A stretch of DNA of 64,000 nucleotides from the human T2T-CHM13v2.0 reference genome, Homo sapiens. The stretch lies in the NCBI RefSeq assembly GCF_009914755.1, contig NC_060936.1; one strand, 5' to 3'. Both the position numbers and the translations under genes were made by a program. This document shows positions 17,905 to 32,611 of the stretch, one piece after another (positions within the stretch are counted from its first letter, which is position 1; every line of letters begins with the position of its first letter). The notes below the pieces were generated by a model. That model made no database searches. It saw only the letters and a list, made by a program, of their open reading frames with translations, and was not told where the DNA came from.

Positions 17905-18450
17905 GCCTCATTATTTATTTATAAACCTTTTATTAATCATTGACTCTGTGCCAGGAACCATGCTAGATGCCAGAGATTCAAAGATGAAACAACCTGGTCC
18001 TTCCCTCTCTGGAGTACACACACTTGAAATGAAACAATTGCTGTCTATGATGGAGGGATGTAGACAGTATGAAACAGAACACCTAGGAGAGCCTGGGATG
18101 ACTTGATTAAGAAGTTTCTATTTGAACTGAAACTTGAAGGACTATGGGGATTTGTTGGACAAAAAAAATCAAGAGAATGGAAAAAGGGTGAGTGAGGCCG
18201 CAGCCAGAGCTACAGAGGCACTAGAGCAGGGGTGGGCATGGAGACCAAGGGAAATCCAGGTCCTCTCCTCTCCTGGGCAGAGGCTTGGAGGGAGACAAGA
18301 CTAGATAGACAAGCAGGATCCAAGTCATTCAGTGCTTTGTAAATCACATTTAGATTTTACTCTTCATCTAATGGTAGATGACTGAAAAGTTCCAAACAGC
18401 AGTGACATGATCAGATTTGCAGGTGAATAAAAAATCACAATGAATGTATA
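17905..18450 (-). mobile_element. L2 fragment
   Basis: ctctgtgccaggaaccatgctagatgcc...gaactgaaacttgaagga...agtgacatgatcagatttgc. Confidence 0.65.
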
Positions 18451-18731
18451 TACAATGGGATCCACTTGTCATCTGGCATCTGGTCATTATAGCTGATCAG
18501 GACATAGAGAAAAAACTATCTTTCTCTCCATCTGTCTTTCTTTCTCTATCGTGATCCATAATGGATTTAAGAAGGTTTTCAAATCTTACTTCTAGGTTTA
18601 TGCAAGCCATGGAGAAGTTTATTGAGGCTTCCCAACATTTTATCTTTGTGTTGGTGTCACTAATTCTTTTTTCTCTTGATGCTTTCTCCCCAGAATCCTA
18701 TGATGCCTTGCTATTTTTGAGCACTCAGTGA

Positions 18732-19035
<304 letters not shown>

Positions 19036-19346
19036 TGACTTAAGGCTTTTAAAACTGTACTCAAACATAAAGCTGTGATAATTAAAATAATATGACATTA
19101 ATACAAGATTAGAAAGAGATCAATGGAAGATGTAGTTGATTCATAATCAGTGTAAAAACTTAATAAGTTTTACACTTAATATGTGTAAAAACATAATAAG
19201 AAATAAATACCACAAATTAATATTTTATGAAAAATCATAATACAAATTATTAAGGAATAATAAAGGTCAATTTCATTAGTAATCTAAAAGGACTAATTAA
19301 AGCAAAATTAAAATAAAAGGTACTGACTATCAAGCAAGCAAAATTA

Positions 19347-19768
<422 letters not shown>

Positions 19769-20159
19769 GAGAGTGTTTACACCCTTGACCTTGTGATTTC
19801 ATGGAAAAGTTTCAAGAACAAATTCTAAGAAAAAAAAGTGAAGAATTTGACAAAAATTTGTGCACAAAGATGTTCATTGCAGCATTATTTATAACATCAC
19901 ACATTTTAAGGACAGGTAGTTTATAAAATTAATGATACCAATAGTCACTGTCTTCCAAAGAGATGAATATTTACTGAGCTTCTACTATGAACCAATAATT
20001 AATTATCTCATGCAATCTTCCCACACAACAAACAGATTAGGTAACTAAGACTGAGGGTTTAGGTAAGTTGCCCAAGACCACACAATTTTGGTGCTGACCC
20101 AGGTCTGACATCAAAGCCTTGTTCTGTTCACTACACCTCACTACCTCTATTTATAACTG

Positions 20160-20197
20160 TGTGTCAATTGTTTGCTTATGTGTCAATTGTTTGCTTA
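20160..20197. repeat. Perfect 19-bp tandem duplication
   Basis: tgtgtcaattgtttgctta x2. Confidence 0.9.
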
Positions 20198-20213
20198 AAA
20201 AAAATCTATAAGT

Positions 20214-20600
<387 letters not shown>

Positions 20601-21976
20601 CTACAGTTTAAACAGTCAATAAATTCATTCAATTTAGATCATTCATTTCCCAAGAAAAAATAGTTTGCCATAGAATGCAATGTTCCTCCTGGGAATCTCC
20701 TCTCTCTTACTCTTGGAACAAATCCAGGGGAGACAAGCACTTAAAACACTGACAACAACATAGATAGGATCTGTAGTAAATATTAGCTAGTCCATTTATG
20801 TATAGTGTTTACAGTTATTTAAAGGGCTACCTCTTCTAATGAATAGCCAGTTTCTCTGATTTAAGGAAGTACAGTATTGTCAGTGCATTGAACATAGAGA
20901 GAGAACACTGTCTAGTGGCAGAAGCAGAGGACTACAGTTATTTCCCAACATTCAGTAGCTTGACTCAGTCTTTAAAGAGGCACTGGTTGGCTTAGGTTTT
21001 CGTAAGAATGGAAAGCGTAAGTGGAAAAAACAACCATCAGCATCAGTTTCAAATGTTCATTAGCCCACACTTGCAAATTGCCAAGAAACACATTGCAGGA
21101 ACACCAAATGGTAGCAGTCAACTAAAAGGTCATAAAATAAATATCATTCGTTTGCCTTCTACTTATATTTTCTTACTTTGAAGATGTTTCTCACATTGGT
21201 TTTAATTATTATACCATGTAATGTACTATTCTGCTATTTTTAGATACAACCATTGGCTAGTTTCAGCTGTGAACTTCTAAATAGCGGCAAGCAGAAAAGT
21301 CATAGAAAAATCTCTCCTTTCTTGCTCTCTCAATCTTTATTTACTCCCTCTCCTTTTTTCTTCCCCTCTGCAAAGAGTGCAACTGTGATTGTATTTTATC
21401 AAGCCCAAGACAATGCTGCTTATAAGACTCATCCATAGATATAATAAAAAGAGAAAAGTATGCCAATTAAATGACACAAGGCTTTTTTTAACTTAGAATT
21501 TTTATTTTGTACTTAGTGAAAGAATTCCTTTAAGCTTACTGAGACATAGATATTTCTTTATCATGTATCACTCTTGTACATAGGTAAAAAGGGAAATACA
21601 AACAAAATAAATAGACTAAGCTATTCCTAAAGCTATTTTATTCATAATTTAACTCTTCCTAGTCATTTTTTATTCAGATTTTTAAACTGACACATAATAA
21701 TTGTGCATAAATGTGAAGTATAAGTGATATTTTAATACATCAGTATGATGGATAAAGATCAGTTTGGGGGAATCAGCATATCCATCACCCCAAACATTTG
21801 TCATTACTTTATATCAGGAACAATTAAACATCCTCTCTTTTAGCTATTCTGAGATATACCTTATTATTAACTATAGTCACCCTGCTGTGCCACAGTACAG
21901 TAGAACTTATTCTTCCTACCTAACTACCTAAGGTATAACTTCCTACCTAACTATAATGTTAGTACCTGTTAACTAA

Positions 21977-22346
<370 letters not shown>

Positions 22347-23819
22347 CTTGTACTTTCTAATTTTATGAGATCAACTTTTTAATCTCCCACATATTAGTGA
22401 CAACATGTGGTATTTGTCTTTCTGATCTTGGCTTCTTTCACTTGATATAATGTCTTCCAGTCTCATCCATATCACCACAAATGACAGGATTTCATACTTT
22501 TATGGTTGAATAATATTCCATTGTGTATATATACCATATTTTCTTTATCCATTCATCCATTGATGGACATGTAGGTTGATTCCATATCTTGGCTATTGTG
22601 AATAGTGACGCAATTAACATGGGAGTGGAGATATCTCTTCAACATACTAATTTCCTTTCCTTTGGATAAACACTCAGTAGTGGGATTGCTGGATCATATG
22701 GTAGTTCTATTTTTAGTTTATTGAGGAAACTTCATACTGTTTTCCATAATGGCTGTACCAATTTACATTCCCACCAACAGTGTATAAGAATTCCTCTTTC
22801 TTCCAATTCTTACCAACATTGGTCATTTATTGTCTTTTGGATATGTCTTTTGGATATTGTCTTTTATCTATGGTCTTTTTTTGAGAAATATCTATTTAGA
22901 TCATTTGCCCATTTTAAAATAGATTTTTTATTAGGAAGTTTCCTCAAAAAACTAAAAATACAACTACCACATTATTTTCAAATGGGTTAATGATCTGAAT
23001 AGATATTTCTCAAATATATATATATATATATATTTCTTTGCTATTGAGTTGTTTAAGGTCTTTCTATATTCTGGATATGAATCCTTTGTTGGATGGATAG
23101 TTTGCAAATAGTTTATCCAATTCTGTAGGTTATCTCTTCACTCTATTGATTGTTTCCTTTGCTGTGTAGAAGATTTTTAGTTTGATATAATCCCATTTAT
23201 CCCATTTGTCTATTTTTGGGTGTTTTTTGCCTGTACTTTTGAGGTCTAATCCAGAAAAATCTTTGCCTAGACCAATGTCCTGACTAATTTAACTCTAAAT
23301 TTTCTTCTAGTAGTTTTATAGTTTCAAGCCTTACATTGAAGTCTTTAATACATTTTGAGTTGATTTTTATATATGGTAAAAGAAAATGGTCTAGTTTCCT
23401 TCTTGTGCATAAGAAGATTCAGTTTTCCCAGCATCATTTATTGAAGAGATATTTTTTACCACATTGTGTGTTCTTGGCACCTTTGTCAAAAATCACTTGG
23501 CTGTAAATACATGGATTTATTTCTGGGTTCTCTATTTTGTTCCTTTTCTCTATGTGTCTGTTTTGGTTACTGCAGCTTTGTGGTATATTTTGAAGTCAGA
23601 CCGTTTGATGCCTCCACTTTTTTTCTGTTTGTTCAGGACTGCTTTGGCTATTCAGGGTCTTTTTGGTTCTGCATAAATTTTAAGCTTGCTTTTTCTATTT
23701 CAGTGAAGAATGTCATTGGTATTTTGACATGAATAGCATTAAATCTGTAGATCACTTTCAGTAGTGTCAACATTTTAAGGATATTAATTCTTTAAATCCA
23801 TGAACATGGATATCTTTCC

Positions 23820-23822
<3 letters not shown>

Positions 23823-23851
<29 letters not shown>
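23823..23851. repeat. (TG)n microsatellite
   Basis: About 14 TG units. Confidence 0.95.
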
Positions 23852-23858
<7 letters not shown>

Positions 23859-23939
23859 ATTCTCTTCAATTTATTTCACTAATGTACTATAGTTTTCATT
23901 GTAGAGATCTTTCATCTCCTTGGTTAAAATTATTCCTAG

Positions 23940-24366
<427 letters not shown>

Positions 24367-24837
24367 ACTACCGCATTTGTATGTTGATTTTGTAGATTTT
24401 GTATCCTGCAACTTTTCTGAATCTATCAGTTCTAACAGTTTTTCAGTGGAGTCTTTAAGTTTTTCTAAATATAAGATCTTGCTGTCTGCAAACAGGGACA
24501 ATCTGCCTTCCTCCTTTCCAATTTGGATGCCTTTAATTTCTTTCTCTTGCTTAATTGCTCTGGCTAGGACTTTCAGTATTATGTTGAATAACAGTGGTGA
24601 AAGTGGGCATCCTAATCTTGTTCCATGTCTTAGAAGAAATTCTTTCAACTTTCCCCCATTCGGTATGATGTTAATGTGCATTGTCACATGTGGCGTCGTT
24701 GTTACATTTCTTCTATACCTAATTTGTTGAAAGTTTTTTTATGAAAGAATGTTGAATTTTATCAAATGCTTTTTTCTTGGTTTGTTCTTGCTTTTCTAGT
24801 TCCCTGAGGTGCATTGTTAGGTTTTTTGAAATCTTTT

Positions 24838-24880
<43 letters not shown>

Positions 24881-24994
24881 TTTTTTTGGTGTAGGCAGTT
24901 TTTGGTATAAACTTCCATCTTAATACTGCTTTTGCTGTATCCCATAGATTTTGGTATATTGTGTTTCCATTTTCATTTGTTTCAAAAATTTTAA

Positions 24995-25498
24995 CCCTTT
25001 TCCCGTTTAGAAAAAAAAAAAAGTGCAGCTCACGGCTAGCATTCATTTAATTTTACATAAACATGCTCTTTGAGGCCAAAGCAAATTTGACTGATTTTTC
25101 AATGTAAAAATAAAATGTAAAAACTGTTCTTAGAGTTATTTCTAAACAGAACTAACATCAGAATCGTCAGGATCATCAGAATCATCTATTTTCAAAAACT
25201 TGGATTCATCAAATGAATCTTTGGCCAACAACTGTTCAAGAACTATGTTAGCATCACATAGGAATGCTACGTTTCCTAGGATTTGACATTTTCAGTGATT
25301 GAGAACCACTATATTTTGTAAATGTAAAACCACTACTAAAAACAGAATGCTATAAATAGAATAATGACTTTGTTTCCAAAGTTGATATATGTGAAAATAA
25401 TAATAAAAGTGAGATATTTCGTGGCAGCGTTATCTTGGGGTAAACAATGCAACTGCAAGTGCGATGGGCAAGAATTCTCCCCACAAATGGGAAAAGGG
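24995..25498 (-). mobile_element. MER75 piggyBac-family MITE, complete
   Basis: TTAA TSD at 24991-24994 and 25499-25502; TIRs CCCTTTTCCCGTTT / AAATGGGAAAAGGG; internal sequence (gttatttctaaacagaactaacatcagaatcgtc, cctaggatttgacattttcag) matches MER75 as I recall it; 504 bp. Confidence 0.92.
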
Positions 25499-25674
25499 TT
25501 AATTTTCTTCTAAATGTCTTCATTGACCCATTGATCATTTAGGAGCATGTTGTTACATTTCCATGTATTTATACAGTTTCCAAAGTTCCTCTTGTTATTG
25601 ATCTCTAGTTTTATTCCATTGTAGTGAAAAAAAAGATATTTTATATTATTTTGATTTTTTTTAAACGTATTGAA

Positions 25675-25810
25675 AGCCAGATGTGCTGGCATGTACCTGT
25701 CCTCCCAGCTACGGCAGACTACCGGAGACTGTGGCAGGAGGATAGATTGAGCCCTGGAGTTTTGAGGTCAGCCTAAGCAACATAGCAAGACCTCACCTCT
25801 AAGAAAAGAA
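25675..25810 (+). mobile_element. FLAM / Alu monomer
   Basis: Single Alu-like arm ending gcaacatagcaagacctcacctctaagaaaag. Confidence 0.8.
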
Positions 25811-27927
25811 TAAAACAGTTATTGAGACTTATTTTTAGCCTAACAGATGGTTTATTTTAGAAAATGGTCCATTTGCTGATGAGAAGAAGGTGTATTCTGC
25901 AACTGTTGGATGAAATGTTCTATAAATGTTAGGTCTATTTAGTCTAGAATTTAGTTTAACTCTGAGGTTTCTGTGTTGATTTTCTGATTGGATAATCTGT
26001 CCATTGCTGAATGTAGAGTTTTGAAGTCCCCTACTATTAATATATGGCAGTATATCTTTTTCTTTTGATGTACTAATAGTTGCTTTATAAATTTAGATAC
26101 TCTAGTTTTGGGTGCATATATATTTATAATCATTATATCCTCTTGCTGAATAGTCTTCTTTACCGTTATAGAATTATCTTGTCTCTTTTTACAGTTTTTG
26201 ACTTAAAGTCTGTTTTATCTGATGTAAGTATAGCTACTCCTGCTCTCTTTTGATTTCCATTTTCATGAAATATTTTTTTCCATCCTTTCATTTTCAGTCT
26301 ATGTGTGTCCTTACGGTAAGGTAAGTCTTTTGTAGGTAGCATAGAGTTGGGTCTTGTTTTTTTTATTTATTCAGCCACTCTATATCTTTTCATTAGAAAA
26401 TTTAATCAATTTATATTCAAGGTAATTACTGATAGGTATGTGCTCAATCCTATCATTTCGTTAGTTGTCTCTATTTGTTTTGTTGATTCTTTGTTCCTTT
26501 CTCCCTCTCTTGCTTGCTTTATTTATGGTTTGATATCTTTGTTAGTGGTATGCCTTGGTTCTTTTCTTTATATCTTTCATGTATCAATTTTAGGCTTGTT
26601 TTTGCTTTGTAGTTACCCTGAGGCTCACGTAAAATATCTTATAACAGGTTAATTTAAGCAGATAATAGCTAAATTTTGATTGCATACACACTCTACTTTT
26701 ACTTCCCTTCCTCCCATGTTTTATGTTTTTAATGTCATAGTTTCTATATTTTTAAAATATGTATCCCTTAGAAAATTGCTGTAGCTTTAGTTATTTTTTA
26801 ATAGTTTTGCCTTTTGACCTTTATACTGAGATATTATTGATTTAGCCACCATTGTTGCAGTATCAGAGTGTTTTGAATTTGAGTGAGTTGTATAATTTCA
26901 CATATTTTTATGTGACTCATTAGCATCCTCTTCCTTCTGCTTAGAGAACTTCCTTTAGAATGTTTTATAATACAGGTCCTGTGGTGATAAATTCTCTCAG
27001 CTATTGTTTGTCTAAGAAAGTCTTTTTCACCCCTGTATTTTTGAAAGACAGCATTGCTGGGTATAGTATTCTTGGTTGAAGGCTTTTTCTTTCAGGATTT
27101 TGAATATATGCTCCTACTCCCTTCTACATTGCAAGGCTTCTGCTGAGAAGGATGCGGATAGTCTTATGAGAATTCCCCTATATGTGACAATTTACTTTTC
27201 TCTTTCTGCTTTCAATATTCCCTCTTTGTCTTTAACTTTTGACAATTTGACTATGATGTATAGTGGTGTGAGTCTCTTTGGGATCTTACTTGGTGTGCTT
27301 TCAGCTTCCTAAATGTGGTTTCCTAATTACTTTTCCAGACTTGAGAAGTTTTCCGCCATTATTTCTTTGATTATATTTTCTGTCCTTTCCTCTCTTTTTC
27401 TTCCTTCTGGCATGTCAATACCGTGTAAGTTGTTCTGTATGATAGTGTCTCGTAAGTCTCTTAAGCTATATTCATGTTTTTTCCATTGTTTTTCTCCTCA
27501 GAATGGGGGATTTCTAGAGATATGTCTTAAAATAAAGGACCCTTTCTTCTGCTTGATCTAGACTATTGTTGGACTCCTCTGCCAACTTTTTCAGTTTAGT
27601 TATAGCATTCTTCATATCTACTGTTTTCTTTTGGTACTGTTTTTGTTGAAGGTCTCAGCTTATTCTTGCATTGCTGTCTTGACCTCCTTTAGCATCTTTA
27701 TGACTATTATCTTTAATTTCCTGTTAGTTAAATCACAGAATTTCATTTAATTTGAGTCAGTTTCTGGAGGTTTATTTTATTCTTTTGTTTGGAATATATT
27801 CCCCCATTTCTTCATTTTTCTTGACTCTCTGTGTTAGTTTCTGTACATTAAATAAGATAACTACCTCTCTTCACCTTGTTAGACTAGCCTTGTGTAGAAG
27901 GTTTTCACCAATCTATGCAGCCAAAGA

Positions 27928-28222
<295 letters not shown>

Positions 28223-29085
28223 GCAGTCAAAGATTTTTAAGGTGCCTCTCAAATCTGTGTTTGTCCAGGGTGCTATCTCTGTTTTTGGTGGCTTCTAGAG
28301 CTTAGGATATGCCAAGTCATCAGTACCCTGAGACTAGTATGATAGAAGCCAGGCTTTTTAGTTGTAGCTGAAAAGGTTGGTGTGTTGGATGTGTCTTTCA
28401 GTTCTTTCTATCTTCATGATGGGGCTGGGTGAAGGTGTTTATCTCTCTGCATTAAGCTGGGAAGAGGATCTGTGGAAAATGCTGTACTCACAATTCAGGC
28501 TGCACCTTCTGATCCTGGAGGGATAGCTGCTAGGAGTGTGCCTGTTATACATCTACCTGTTTGATTTCTATAATCTTGAGTCACTCAAAATTACAAAGCA
28601 CTCTCAATTTCCATGGCTAGGTTGTTAAGCAGACAGTCTCTTAGATGGGAGCTGTGGGAGTTGTGAGATTTGGTGCATGGTTGAACTCTTTCTAGGAAGA
28701 ATATACAGGCACAGATTTATCTCTGGGGTGAGCCAGGGGAGGTCTTGTGAAATATCAAGCTCTGGCTCTGGCTACTAAAGGGTTGTTGTTTGTTTGATCC
28801 ATTAGCTCCCTGATGCATGTTCACTGGAGACCAGTTGACCAAGTAGCCACTGGGAATGTGTGTTACACATTCCTTCCAGAGAGAAAGTTAGAGCTGCACA
28901 TTCTGAACCTTTTTCTGCACTGTTCCAAAGGAGTATAACCTCTAGAAGTGGTTGGACACCTGTTTAAAACCATTGGTTTGTTCTGTGATCAAGGGAGACT
29001 TGGATATGACTAGTCCCTTCTGTTCCCATATTTACTAGGTTTAAGAAGGAGTCTTTCAGGAGGTAGCTTAACAATTGGGGCTTTT

Positions 29086-29235
29086 GCCAGGTGCGGTGGT
29101 TCATGCCTATAATCCCAGCTCTCAGGGAGGCAGAGGTGGGAGGATAGCTTGAGCCCAGGAGTTCGAGACCTGCCTGGGCAATATAGTGAGACCCCATTCT
29201 CCACAAAAAGGAAGAAAAAATAAAGACAAAAAAAA
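29086..29235 (+). pseudogene. BC200 (BCYRN1) RNA retrocopy lacking the 3' unique C-rich domain
   Basis: BC200-diagnostic cccagctctcagggagg, ggaggatagcttgagcccaggagttcgagacctgcctgggcaatatag, ttctccacaaaaagg...aaagacaaaaaaaaaa; TSD aacaattggggcttttg (29070-29086) / aactattggggcttttg (29236-29252). Confidence 0.9.
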
Positions 29236-29299
29236 AACTATTGGGGCTTTTGATGTGTGTCTTAAATCCCTTCTGGAGAGAAACAAGGGGTTGCGTTGT

Positions 29300-29933
<634 letters not shown>

Positions 29934-30517
29934 CCGGGTTGAGTTTTTAAAGCCCTTTCTCTGTACCACTCTAGGGGGATAAAGACGCTGGAAGTGATTG
30001 TACTCCCATTTTAAAATGTGACTTTTTCCCTGCAGTCTGGAGAGATGTGTATGCCAGTCTCTTCTTTCAGTTTGGAGATTTAGGATGCCATTTCTTAGGT
30101 GGATAGTATAAAAGTTAGGGATCTCAGTGTGAGTGCACATTTTTCCCAGGCTGACAGCAGGTTAATAACTAACTATCCATTTAACTCCCCAATACAAGTT
30201 AGAAGTCAGACCACCAAGCAGCCTCTGGAGGGGTGTTTCATAAACCCCTTCCAGAGGGAAATGGCTGTGTTTTTAAGTTCCTTAATGGCATTATTCCCAG
30301 GGGTGTGGAATCCTTTAAAGAGCTTGCATGCCCATATAAAACAACCTTTTATTTTCCCCCTGCAGTTTAGAAAAACACGTGTATGCCAGTCGTTCAGCTC
30401 CCTGAGCTAAGAGATTTAGAATGCAGTCCCTTAAGTGGATATTGTAAGAGTTAGGGTCCTTGGGGTGAGTGCAAAACTCCTCCCAGACTGGTGGTGGGTT
30501 AAAAATTGACTGTCTAA

Positions 30518-30912
<395 letters not shown>

Positions 30913-30927
30913 TTATACCCCTTCTAG

Positions 30928-31243
<316 letters not shown>

Positions 31244-32188
31244 TGAGGGCTATGGTTTTTTAAGCTCCTACTCTGCACTGCTCCCAGAGGGATGTAGTCC
31301 TTGGAAGAGCAGACTCACTCTTATAAAACCACCACTTTTTTTCATGTAGTCTAGAGAGAACTAGCACGTGTCTAATCCCTTCCACTCCCATAGTTGGTGA
31401 ATTGAGTCAAACTGTGGGGAAACAGCATTACAGTCCTGTATGTGAGGTCCAGATCCTCCTTTCCTCGGAGGGAAACTGGTTGTTTGAGATTTCTTTCCCA
31501 ATTTATGGAGCAGAGCCCGGCTGGTGTGGGGTTCATGCCTAAGTGTGCCTCAGCTTTTCCTACCCCTTCAGTGTGGATGTTTCCTTAGTTGCATGGTGGG
31601 TAGGAGTCTCTCAGTTGGTCTCTGATTTTCTCTCAGAGGGAATTTATCTGTGAATGGATGTTTATTTGATGGATCTATGGGTGGTAGGAGAGTCAGGAGC
31701 TTCTATTGCACCATGTTGGTGGCGTCACTCCTGATTCAGGATTTTCAACCCACACAATATTGTTCTCTGTGCTATCAAAAATGTTGTATTTGCAGCACAA
31801 TAGTGCTCCACTGTTTTCTGTGGGAATGTCTTTCAACTCCTAGCCATCTGTTTCTGCAAATGCTGTAATTCCTTGATCCCACCAGACCTCAAGGGAAGGT
31901 TTTCAGACAAAAGCCAGAATTTATATTTCTTCCTCAAATTATCTTTTAACTGTTTTCTGACTAAAATGTTGAAGGGTTGCAGTGATCCAGTCATGCTTAC
32001 AGAGCATCAGCATAATTCCAGGTTGTGTGAACAGAAGCAATGACAATTGTGTCAGGACTTCCACCTGCCCAACAGTGATTGGAAGATGTCATTGACTATA
32101 CAATTTCAGAGAAGTTAAAATGGGAAAGAGGAAGCACATTCTAGAATTGACGATATAGCCTTTATTCAATTTCCACTGCATGCAGGGA

Positions 32189-32611
32189 TGATATAGTTTA
32201 GGTGTGTGTCTCTTCCCAAATCTCATTGAAACGTAATCCCCAATGTTGGAGGTAGGGCCTGGTAGGAGGTTACTGGATCATGGGGCAGAACCCTCATGAA
32301 TGGTTCAGCACCATCCCTCTTGGTGCTATTCTCATGATAGTAAGTGAGTTCCTGTGAGATCTGGTCATTTAAAAGTGTGTGGCACTTCCCCCTCTCTCCC
32401 TTGCTCCTGCTCTGACCATGTGATGTTCTTGTTCCCCCTTCACCTTCCGCCATGATTGTAAGTTTCCTAAGGCCTCACCAGAAGCCAAGAAGATGCCAGC
32501 AAGATGCTTCCTGTACAGCCTATAAAACCATGAGCCAATTAAACCTCTTTTCTTCATGAATTATCCAGTCTCAGGTATTTCTTTATGGCAATATGAGAAT
32601 GGCCCAATACA
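32189..32611 (+). mobile_element. MST-family (MaLR) solo LTR
   Basis: tgatatagtttagg...cccaaatctcattg...ccatgattgtaagtttcc...ccagtctcaggtatttctttat...aataca. Confidence 0.92.
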
